Shown here: one piece after another, positions 11,798 through 21,643 of the stretch | Layout: each line of letters starts with the position of its first letter | Position numbering within the stretch: the first letter of the stretch is position 1 | From: Trypanosoma brucei | Lineage: Eukaryota | Assembly (NCBI GenBank): GCA_000002445.1 | Contig: CH464491.1 | Coordinates: 4,320,001-4,384,000 of the forward strand | Direction: 5' to 3' | Length of the DNA: 64,000 bases | Program-made: the position numbers and the translations under genes | Notes under the pieces: generated by a model | Databases searched by the model: none | Told to the model about the DNA's origin: nothing | The model's input: only the letters and a program-made list of their open reading frames with translations

Positions 11798-14700
11798 CAA
11801 ACGCAGCAAGAAAGCGGATGGTATTTAGTATTGGAGCCATACCGCCTCATTCCTCAGGCTTCTCACCTCCTTTATTTTTTTCTTCTCTTCTCACTTGTGC
11901 CTCGTTTTTTCTTTCTTCTTTTCTTTTCTCTCAAGTTTGTTTTCTGCTGCTTACACAAAAATGGATGTAATGCGTATAAGCAACCGCACAACAAACCAAA
12001 CAAACAAACAAAAGAGTTAGAGGAAAGGTTACAAGTGATGATAATAATAATAATAACAATAAGGGAAGAAGAGAGACCCAAAAACAAAATAAAACAAAAC
12101 ATTGAGCAAATGGAAATAATAATAATAATATTATATAAATTATATATATATATATATATATACAATATAAATAAATATATATACATATATAAATATATAT
12201 AATTATAACAATAAAACAAGACGGAAAAACGCAGTGAAACATGAAATGTAGTTACAGAAAGAAAACCAAACAAGCAAACATATAAAAAAAAAGAAAAAAG
12301 AAAGAGAGGGGGAAAAGGAAATCAGAAGACACATCAACACTCCGCCAAAGTACGAAGAATACGGAGCATACAGATAATATATAAATATATATAAATATAC
12401 ATATGTATATAACATAATAGAAAGAACATAAAAACGAAAGAAAAAAAAACGACGGTCAATCACCAATCAAAACGTCAAATTGATCCCGAACGGAACAAAG
12501 TTGTGGGGAACGCGAAAACAAAAAAAAACACCCACAAAAAAGACGTGGCGGTGGTGGTGGTGGTGGCGGAAACTCAAAAACGAAAAAAAAAGGAAAAGAG
12601 TGAACCGAGCCGCAGGAGACAAATATCAGGACAAGAAAAAAAAAACACCAACCCACACATATGCCTAAAAGCGTCAAGGGAAGAAGTGGCCATCAGAACT
12701 GATAACAATAAAAAAAAAACAATTGATGAAAAGAAAAGTAAATGACAGATTTGACGACGACAACAACAATAACAAGTAAACAATAATAATGATCACCATT
12801 ATCATCATTTATATCATCACAATGCCACAACAACAAAAAAAAACAAAATCACGGAAACTCATCCCTTCTCTCTCTCTCCCCCTCCCACTCGCCTTTTGTT
12901 TCTTTTTGAACTTTATTGTCGCTGTTTCATTTATTTCTTCCTCTTGATTCGTATTTATTTATATAAAAGAAAAACCATTGCTTCCTCGGACTCCCACACG
13001 AAACAGCCTTTAAAACAAAACAAAAGAGCGCTAACAGAGAAAGTCAGAAGGCAAAGAAAGAAAGAAAAAACAAGTCAGGCACACAAATATGTAATTAAGT
13101 ATAAATTTATAAATATAAATCTCCACCACAACGCAAAAGATAAATATCAAGATTATATATATAAATAATATAGTTTTTACATATAATTTTAAATTAATTA
13201 TGGCGTAATGAGGGGACCTGAAATATCCAAAAACATTGAGAACGAAATCCACAGGAAAGTATACTGAAACCCAGTAGAGAAAGGGGAAAAGAAAGGAGGT
13301 AAAAAAAAAAAACACACACACTTACAACCAGAGTGTCAGAACCTTAAATATAATTAAATATGGTTTAATAGGGGGCAAATATAAGTAAATATAAGTAAAT
13401 ACATATAATACATATGCACCATATGTATAGATGTGTCATTATTAGCTAAAAGGCGGGAAATACACAATCACAAACACAATCACAATCACAATCACACACG
13501 CAATATAATAACAATAATGATGGTAATGGAAGAATTCATACGTAAATGTATGAAGGGACCATAACATGAAAAGAAAGAGAAAAGAAGGAGGAAGAAAAAC
13601 AAACAAATAAAAACGCAAAACATAATCAAAAAAAGGAAGGAGGTATTTTTCTTTTTCATCTTCGTGTCTTTACTGAATTTTTTTTAGATTGCTTTGATTC
13701 TTTAACCTTGTTTTTTTTACCTTATTCTTTGTACTCAGGAGGTGGGGACGGGGGGGGGATATCTCCCGCGAAGCAAATTGAATGATGATAATGATAATGA
13801 TGATAATGATATGGCAAAGCAATTAGTGCCGGGGTTGCGTGGGGCAAGTTTTAGAGGGATATGAGGAGAAGGAGAAAATAAAGAGGGGAAAGGGGGGAAA
13901 TGAAAACAGCAAACACAAACACAGGAGCCTATTTATGTATTCATTTTATTTGCTTATCCATTCATTCATTCATATTCAATCCTTCATTCGGTCGCAAAAG
14001 AGAGGTGCACGCATGCGCTAATGTATTCAACATGTTGGTGCAAAATATATCAAGCGAAAGAAAAATAGTACAAAAAATGAGGGAGGAACTAAAGGAAAAC
14101 AGAAATGGGCTGGCACGCGAGTTTTTCGAATAGGGCAAAGTGTAAAGGGAAAGGGAAAGGAACAGACAGGTACGCGCGCGCCCATGCATTTAAATCACGC
14201 GCACAGGAGCCCTCCACCCGCCTCATATTATTATTTTTTTCTTTTTTTTAATCACCCCATCCACCCACACCCCAAAGACGAGGGGAAATTTCCTTGTATT
14301 TTTTTCTTTTTTCCTTTCCTTCTTCTTTTTTTTTTCTCTTATCTCCTCTCCTCTTTTCCTTCTTTCACCCTCTCCTCTCCCCTCCCCTGTCACGCCCTGT
14401 AATTGTCAATGCCATTATTATCACATTGTCATTAGCTCATTCAGTTATTTTATTTCACTATTGGTTAGGTTTGATATTTTGTTATTCTTTTTTTAAATTT
14501 TTTTTTGCTTTCCCTCTTCCCCTCCCCCCTCTCCCCTCTCCGTTTCTTTCTCTTTCTTTACTTTACTCTCCTTTCCTTCTTTTTGAAACTCCTTTTTTTT
14601 AAATATAATTTTTTCTTTCTTTTTCTTTGCTTTGTTTTTGTTTTTTCAGAGGGAAAGTTGGATCAAACTTTTTTTCTCTGTGACTGGCGTTGTTTGTGTT

Positions 14701-16180
14701 GTTCTATTATCATTATCATTATTATAATCATTCATTTTCATTTTTTCCCCTTCCTCTTTTTTTTGTCTTTTTTCTTCTTTTTTTTCCTTTTTCTTCTGTT
14801 ACCTTTTTATTATTTTATTTTTTTTGTTATTTTTTATTTTATTTTATTTTATTTTTTGAGCGTTACTGTCCTTTTTTCTTTGTTGTTGCTGGGTTCCAAA
14901 AATTCGGCGAGTACTCCAACAACAATAACAATAAATAACAACACGGAGGGAAGTGAGAAGGAAGCCACACACATATATGTATAAACATAAGCACAAACGC
15001 ACGCAAACACACAAAAACGAACAAAAAAAAAGCAAAGGAAGGAAGGAAAGAGACACTAAAATGTCTGAACTTCCACAAGTGACAAAACAAATACGGGAAC
15101 GGAAAAACGAAAGAAAAAAAAAGGAAAGAGAAAACAAAAACAAAATAAAATAATAAAATAGTAAAAGATACGCACAATGAAAAAAAAAAAGTACAACATA
15201 CATACTTTTATAACTCCCTCCACAAATGCACATGACCACTAGCCACGACCACGTGCACACAAAAGAAAAAAAAAGGAAAAGGGAAAAGGAACAAGGAAGA
15301 ACCAGAGGGAAAAGGGAAAAAAAAAGAACAACAACACACTTTTCCAATGTGTTTCTCATAATATATATATATATATTCATATTTATATTTATTTATTTAT
15401 ACCTACAAATATATAAATATAGGTGTGTCTGTGCATTTGTGTCTATGTTCATATATGTGTTCATTCATTCATTTCCCCCTTGTTTTTCCTTCCTTTCCTT
15501 TCCTTTCCTTTCTTCTCCCTTTTTTTCTTTTTCCTCCTCCCCCTCTTCTGTTAGTCTATTTCAAATATTAGGTTTTTGGGTTTGTCCTTCCCCTATTTCT
15601 TCCCTCGCTTCCACAGCTCGTTGGAAACATGCGGTCTCACCATTTTGTATTGGTCATCAGTATTTTACTTCGTATGGTGTGTCGCAGCCTCTTTCGTTTT
15701 GATCATTTCACTTATATCGAGTCTTTCTTTTTGATGTGTGTATGTGTGCGTGTGTGCATGAGTTCGATTCTTCTCTCCCATTCGACGGGAATGTATGGGC
15801 TCAGTCATCTTTTCTTTTCCTTTTTTTTCGTGATTACTTTTTCCTTTCGTCTTCATGCTTCAATTTATGACCCATACATACACATAAACAAACAAACACA
15901 CACACACACACACACGGACACATGATTTGCTCCGCCTAAAGCGCTACATCGACATCACTTTACTTCTTCTCTTCGCTGTTTCCACGCTTTGCTCTCTCTC
16001 TCTTTTTCTCTCTCGATCTCTCTTTTTCAATCCTACGACTGCTCCAAATACTTCAACCGTTTTCTTCGCTAACCGCTAGTTTCTTTTCTTCTGATCGTTC
16101 CTTTTCACGTCATGCATTTCCCCCCCCCCCAACACACACACACATTCTTCCACTTACCATCACCTGCTTTCAGTTGACTT

Positions 16181-17809
16181 TTACACATATGTAAGCAACA
16201 GCGGCGAGATGACGTAGTCGGAGGCGGAACTGCGTTGGTTAACAGGCTGCCGCGACACCTCAGGTCCCGGGAGCTGTGAAGCCTCCGGGTGCTGCTGCCG
16301 CTGCGTAAAGTATGGAGAAGAAGGGCTTAATGGCATCGCCGGCATCTCCGCCGGAGAGTTGTTCGTATATGAAGTCGGTCGCGAGGTGTAGACGGGCTCA
16401 AACGAATACCCCTGAGACGCATTCAACACACGAGATTGTTGTTGTTGTTGTAAGTGGGGCGGATGATGGTGGTGGTGGTGGTGATGATGATGCGTTTGCT
16501 GTTGTTGTTGTTGCTGCTGAAATGAGTTGTGGTGATGTTTGTAAGACGGGCCCGGTGGCACTACGAGTGGACCTCTACCTTGTTGCATTGGGCCACAACT
16601 ACCGAAGGAAACAGGTCCCGCTGCATGTTGTTGGTGCAGCGGCAGGTTGTTGGTCATATAACCACTGGAACCGCCATGCGGAGATCCCGCCTGTTGATGC
16701 TGTTGCCGATAGCCACCGCGGCTCTGGTACGGGTGCCCGCCCATGTGTTGGGAATGCCCACTTAGGCCGCCGTGGGGATGGGGGTGGGAACGATGCATCT
16801 GCTGAAGCTGTTGTGGGTGAAGGTGGCCGTGGCCTCCACCGCCTCCGTAACCACCCCTGTAGGCCGAGTTGTATTGCTGCCGCTGCGACCGCATCGAGTG
16901 GCCTTGAGACGGCATTTGGGGGGAACGCGTGTTCAAATGAACACGGTGAATAAAGTTACACAAACTTCCACGCCCACACCTTTCGCGTTCGTAATGCTTG
17001 CAAAACCGGAGATATTTCGTGGAGTCACTGTGTTGAGCCTCCTCGCTGCCCTTCGTACGGTAGACTTGCTCTGAAGGCACTTGCACCGGGTTCGCTGCTC
17101 CGCCTCGCAAAGAGTGACCCGCGTTGATGTAAAAAACTGAGCCTGGTTCATGTCGCTCGTATGGTGCTTCTTCCAATAAGGCAACAGGTGTGGACCAGTG
17201 AACCAGATTGACAGTCACAGGCAAGTCACCGTCACGAGGTTCTGCAAAGGTGTGCCGACTGTGGATGAAGTCACAACGGTCCCCGTGGGCACACGAGGCA
17301 TTGGTGGAAAAGGATTTGCAAAGGTATAGTGCGTAACTCGGCTCCTTTGTACCTCTGTTTCGTGACAAATAGTTTTTCGACCCAGAAGTAGTCTCGATGA
17401 ATTCGGACGGGATACACAGCGCTTTGTTCTTGTCAGCACTCAGCACGTGGAAGCGGCGGTCGTGCTGACCCGACTCATTGGCATCGATATTATCCCCATC
17501 AGTACCCTTGTCAGGGGCCACTAATTCTGTTGGCGCCTCGAGTGGTTCCTTCTGCGGTTTGCTGCTACTGCACCTACTGTTGCTCCCGCTCCCAGGAAGT
17601 ACCTTGGTGAAACAACTTTCAGGTCGATCCGTGTTAGGCAGCACAGGGGAAAGAATGTCTAACCCCGCCTGCTGCTCCTGTGGCGAGCCCAAAGAGTCCT
17701 TCGCTTCACTCATTCTCTGCTCGCGTGTTCCCTCTTTCTTTTGCACTCTTGCTGTCACTCTTTTGATTCCACGGCTTCGAACACACACACACTCTCTCTC
17801 TACCGTCAC
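16181..17809 (-). CDS. CCCH-type zinc-finger RNA-binding protein with poly-Q and poly-H tracts (start probably the internal ATG at 17713)
   Basis: Two C-x7/8-C-x5-C-x3-H fingers (CKSFSTNASCAHGDRCDFIH; CKHYERERCGRGSLCNFIH). Q/H/G/Y-rich low-complexity C-terminal half (QQQQQQQQTHHHHHHHHHHPPHLQQQQQ). The first 32 codons of the track ORF run through a (CA)n/(CT)n tract, so MSEAKDSLG at 17713 is the more plausible start. Confidence 0.8.
   Translation of the reverse strand: MTVERECVCVRSRGIKRVTARVQKKEGTREQRMSEAKDSLGSPQEQQAGLDILSPVLPNTDRPESCFTKVLPGSGSNSRCSSSKPQKEPLEAPTELVAPDKGTDGDNIDANESGQHDRRFHVLSADKNKALCIPSEFIETTSGSKNYLSRNRGTKEPSYALYLCKSFSTNASCAHGDRCDFIHSRHTFAEPRDGDLPVTVNLVHWSTPVALLEEAPYERHEPGSVFYINAGHSLRGGAANPVQVPSEQVYRTKGSEEAQHSDSTKYLRFCKHYERERCGRGSLCNFIHRVHLNTRSPQMPSQGHSMRSQRQQYNSAYRGGYGGGGGHGHLHPQQLQQMHRSHPHPHGGLSGHSQHMGGHPYQSRGGYRQQHQQAGSPHGGSSGYMTNNLPLHQQHAAGPVSFGSCGPMQQGRGPLVVPPGPSYKHHHNSFQQQQQQQQTHHHHHHHHHHPPHLQQQQQSRVLNASQGYSFEPVYTSRPTSYTNNSPAEMPAMPLSPSSPYFTQRQQHPEASQLPGPEVSRQPVNQRSSASDYVISPLLLTYV
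16438..16518 (-). repeat. Coding trinucleotide repeats, mRNA-sense (CAA/CAG)n-(CAC/CAT)n-(CAG/CAA)n, encoding Q8-T-H10-PP-H-L-Q5
   Basis: Plus strand gttgttgttgttgta...ggtggtggtggtggtgatgatgatg...gttgttgttgttgctgctg lying inside the CCCH protein CDS. Confidence 0.9.
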
Positions 17810-17975
17810 TTCCTTCTTTCCTTAGTACTCTTTTCGCCTACGTCGCCTCCAATAGGTTTTTCTTCCTTTTCCTTGATAGTGATACTGGCAGTAGTTATAA
17901 CAATGAGTAAGGAGAGAATTGCAGTCAAAAAGAAAAAAAAGTAAGAAAAACAATTCATCACACAAGAACCCTGAT

Positions 17976-17985
17976 CCCCCCCCCC
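17976..17985 (-). repeat. G10 homopolymer (mRNA sense) upstream of the CCCH gene
   Basis: cccccccccc on plus strand. Confidence 0.9.
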
Positions 17986-19824
17986 TCTCCCTCCATCTCC
18001 TTTTTGGCCCCCTTTCTTCCGTATTTTTTATTATAACAATTAACTATTTATTTATAGAAATATCCCTTCTTCCTTCCTGGTCGCTTGTTGAAATCTTTCT
18101 TCACATAGAACGGTCGAGTGGAAGTGGCGAGAAAATAAAACACAAAAGAAGAGTGGCGAGTGGCGACGAGGCAGCGATACGTAGAGCGCAGGGCAGCCCT
18201 CTAAGAACAGAAGCCGAATGCTAATGATGACAACGATAATAATTGCAGCAAAGACAGTTGTGAGTATGATGGGTCCCAACGAAATAATGAGTACGAACGC
18301 CCCCGCAGAAGTGAAGAAAAAGAAAGGAAAGAGGACAAACAGCCCATAAACAGTAAAGCTCACCGCAGCACCCGCAGACACTGACAGTACAGCAGAGCGG
18401 GCATTACCCCAATTATGCACGTTTCTTTTTTTTTTTAAATTTCCCCTTTCTTTTCTTCTCTTTCTCCTTTGATTTCATTCGACACATTCGAGCACAACAT
18501 CAGACACACACGCAACCAATAGGGGGAAAGGGAGCATACGTTCACTTCACGGCAAAAGGAAACAATGCGGACAACCAACTTAGAAACAACTGCATGGCCC
18601 TCGACTCATTTTCCCTCAACGCAGCGCTCCTCTGTCATTTGTACTATTGCTACAAATGTTTATCCATTCCCATCCATCCACGGAAATGGGAATGCAAAAG
18701 CATGAAATCACGAAATCAAAAAAAAAAAAACAACGAAACTGCGACACCTCATTCTTAACAATCTTGACCACATTTCACATTAAGCCTGAATTAGAGTGAA
18801 AGATGTCAATATGGAAATAATACAACAGTAAAGGGAAGATGGAAATGGGAAAGAGGATGTGAAAGGCTCACCACAAGCAAATGCCGCTTCTCTCCATTTT
18901 TTCCATTCTTTTACCCACAAACAAGTTTACTCCTTGCAGTTAAATCTTCTCCCTTTTGGCAACAAAGCATGACGATTGGTGTTGTTACCGTCGTTAGCCG
19001 CTGCCGCCCACATCAATAAATATGTGGAGACAAAAGATAAAACATAAGCACTGAAACTAATGAAAAGTGAGCTAACAGTTAACTCAACAACATCAACAAC
19101 AAAAAAGTGGTAGAATGGAATAAGACCAACAACAGCAGGTTGAAAAGAAAAAAAACCCTACACTTCCACAAAACTAACACACACACATTCGTACAACTTA
19201 CATCCCTCTCCGGTCAAGTCATGGTCCACTTTCACTTATGAAAACTAATATTTACCAACTGGTGCTGCAAGTCCTCATGAATGATCGACACGGCTACGAT
19301 TCCAATTCTTTTTATTCTTTACGCATCGCCTCTCTCCCTCTCTTTCTCTCTTGTCATATGGCGCTGTGTTCTTCCCTTCCCCCGGTTGCACTTGCGATGT
19401 GCCAATTTGTATTACCTCGGACCCCTTCCTCTTAATAATACCGAATGCGCCAACACCTGGAGGAAGGGTTTTGAAACGCATATGAGTGTTACGCAAAAAA
19501 AAAGAAATACACTAAAGAGGGATCGGAGAAGTGGGAAACTGACATGCAGAATCCCCACTGGGAACACTGCCGTGTCTTTCCACAACCATTATTTTAGTTT
19601 ATGAATATTCCACATCATCTTTTCTCCTCAAGCACCCCCCCCCCTTCACTTCCACACGGTGCATTACTAATAGACGCCGTGATGGGGGTTTCTTCATTCG
19701 TCCTTTCACCATCCCAAAATAACGGAACACATCCACCACTTCAGTCCCAAAGGAGAAAACAAAAACAAAAAAAGAACATTCAACAGACCTCTCTCCCCCT
19801 CGCCCTCCCTTTTCACAATGCTTC

Positions 19825-21150
19825 TCAACCGCGACTATAAATTATCAGCGCCACAATGCAAAGCATGCTTCCGATAACAAATAGTATGCCAGGAACAAAA
19901 GAGTATATCAACAACGATAATATTCCACTTAACACAATAGAACACCCCGCTGCAAAGGCTTTCATGATATTGTCCGTATGCTTAATTACCAACGCCACTA
20001 ACAATCCGCCCACTGCCTGAACAAAAATCATTAACCACACGAGGGAGTCGAAGCCACGGAAGTACTCTTGGAAAAAAGAAGTGCCAGCATTGACATCGTC
20101 GGGCGTCGCATTAACTTGGGCTTGACCTTGAGTATTGGAGCCAGAGCCTGCGAGAAGCTGTGCGACAATATAACAAACAACGGAGTACGCGGAAAGGTGA
20201 ACGTTTTTCGTGGAGGTATGAGAACTGAGCGAAGCGTCCTTAGATTTGAAGAGCCATTCCGACATGACAGCACCTGCACTGGAACATAAAACCGCCATCG
20301 TTGTTGCCACCACACCCACTACGTAACTACCGCTGATTTCCACAGAATTCGTCTTCTCTTCAGGTTTCCGACTACTATGCTTGCTGCCGAGCTGGGCTAA
20401 CACCACACCTGCCATCAACAAAAAGAGGGCCATCCACTGCTGTGAAGAAAACGTACGACCGAGAAATATCCACAGGAGCAGAGCCGTACCGAGTATTTTT
20501 GTCTGGTAGGTTACCTGAAAGAGTGTGGGCTCCATATTCGCCAATGCCACAAACATAACATAGTTCTGGAATGCGTAAATGATGGCGGGAACGGCAGTTG
20601 GCACCGCACTTCGGTGGAGAAGCTGCAAAAGAAATAAGCCACAGAAGCCCTCTCGGTTTATCTCCACTTCTATCGACTGGGCGTCAGAGGAGAGATCCGC
20701 GGGGGCCGACTCCATGTTAGTTGCGAGCTTGGCTCCATTACTGTTATCTTCATGGCTGTCCTCATAACACAATAGTTTTTGATCCTGCTTCAAGGTTTTC
20801 ACATCTCTCATTACATCGGATCCACGATGGCCCAGCGGAGTTTCCGATGCATCGGTCCCGGAGTCGTCAAGTACGCGAGAACCGCGGGGGGCGATTGTGG
20901 AAAAAACGTCCCACGCGCACCATGCGAGAGACATTAGAAACTTTACCATCTCAGTCATCATCACAACATGAGAGGTGTTGAAGCGGTTGGAGGGATCTTT
21001 GCTGGATTGTCTTTGTTGCGTGTAGCTCATAAGTATCACAATCGTTGCATTCTGCACAGTGAGAAGCACGAGGAGAACGTAATGAAACAATGAATACGAG
21101 TTGGCCTGCGAGTTGAACTGGGAACTACTCACACTCCTCAAGGGAAACAT
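19825..21150 (-). CDS. Nucleotide-sugar transporter (UDP-galactose/CMP-sialic acid transporter family, SLC35A-like)
   Basis: 441 aa, multi-TM. N-terminal YVLLVLLTVQNATIVILMSY and C-terminal KHTDNIMKAFAAGCSIVLSGILS...ALIIYSRG are characteristic of this family. Carries a ~75-aa acidic hydrophilic insertion (DDSGTDASETPLGHRGSD...SIEVEINREG). Confidence 0.8.
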   Translation of the reverse strand: MFPLRSVSSSQFNSQANSYSLFHYVLLVLLTVQNATIVILMSYTQQRQSSKDPSNRFNTSHVVMMTEMVKFLMSLAWCAWDVFSTIAPRGSRVLDDSGTDASETPLGHRGSDVMRDVKTLKQDQKLLCYEDSHEDNSNGAKLATNMESAPADLSSDAQSIEVEINREGFCGLFLLQLLHRSAVPTAVPAIIYAFQNYVMFVALANMEPTLFQVTYQTKILGTALLLWIFLGRTFSSQQWMALFLLMAGVVLAQLGSKHSSRKPEEKTNSVEISGSYVVGVVATTMAVLCSSAGAVMSEWLFKSKDASLSSHTSTKNVHLSAYSVVCYIVAQLLAGSGSNTQGQAQVNATPDDVNAGTSFFQEYFRGFDSLVWLMIFVQAVGGLLVALVIKHTDNIMKAFAAGCSIVLSGILSLLIYSFVPGILFVIGSMLCIVALIIYSRG

Positions 21151-21643
21151 CTATAGCTTACGGGATCGTTGGAGCCCTCCCACCGCTCTCTCTCTCTCTC
21201 TCTTCAGTTTCCTTCTGCACTTCTTTATTTATTTCTTGTATGATATTCCACACCAGCCTCCCCCACAGCAACCCACGATACCGCTCCCTCCAACGTGGCT
21301 CTCCTCCGTAGTTCTTTTCCGCCACGCTGCCTTCCTCAACTCGCCTCCAGTGTGAAGGTCGTTACAAAAATATCTGTATATATGTAAAAATGTATAAACT
21401 ACAAGCGCCACTACAAGAGGACCATATGGAATGAAAACGATTAGCAAAATATGTGCCACGCAAGAAATGGTTAAATAATACGGGCCAGAAGCGTCTCGAG
21501 CACATAAAAAATATATTGCAGTAATGGTGTGCTCGTACAGTCGCCCAGGAAGGAAAGGCGCAGTGTAGCAATATATATATATATTATAACACTAACAAAT
21601 CTCCTCCCCAAAATAAAAGCTACATGCGGCGCAGCCACAGCAA

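Larger units (their letters stand above)
2690..16180. repeat. About 13.5 kb low-complexity, AT-rich, microsatellite- and homopolymer-dense stretch with no credible ORF
   Basis: Continuous runs of A(n)/T(n), (TA)n, (CA)n, (AAT)n/(ATA)n, (CAAA)n/(TTTG)n, (GGAA)n and (CTCA)n. Every ORF-track entry here translates to poly-K/N or F/L/S-rich low-complexity peptide. Composition switches abruptly to GC-rich coding at 2686 and 16181. Confidence 0.75.

Noticed and set aside
15760-15790. tRNA T-loop-like motif gagttcgattc
   Set aside because: No acceptor stem, D-loop (AGTGG/TAGC) or anticodon arm can be built from the flanking sequence. An isolated chance match.
3300-15925. Dozens of 60-180-aa ORFs in the track across the stretch (e.g. 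3803..4192+, 5698..6126-, 8201..8647+, 10929..11477+, 14844..15380-)
   Set aside because: All translate to poly-K/N/E or F/L/S/Y low-complexity peptides that mirror microsatellites and homopolymers. They have no domain-like content and occur on both strands.
2690-16180. Tandem satellite or centromeric repeat array, or a retroelement remnant, inside the stretch
   Set aside because: I saw no higher-order periodic unit of the ~100-200 bp satellite kind, and no ORF fragments resembling reverse transcriptase or endonuclease. Only short simple-sequence motifs were visible, though a degenerate array cannot be excluded by eye.
16312-16953. 213-aa plus-strand ORF (and similar: 22604..23197+, 27083..27748+, 38998..39942+, 48167..48721+, 51594..52124+)
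   Set aside because: Each is antisense to a strongly supported minus-strand CDS. Their composition (G/A/V or S/L-rich) is the mirror image of the sense codon bias.
18220-18390. C-box-like aatgatgac and downstream D-box-like ctga, suggesting a C/D snoRNA
   Set aside because: The motifs are on the plus strand, antisense to the only transcription direction evident here. They are about 155 nt apart and lack a terminal stem.
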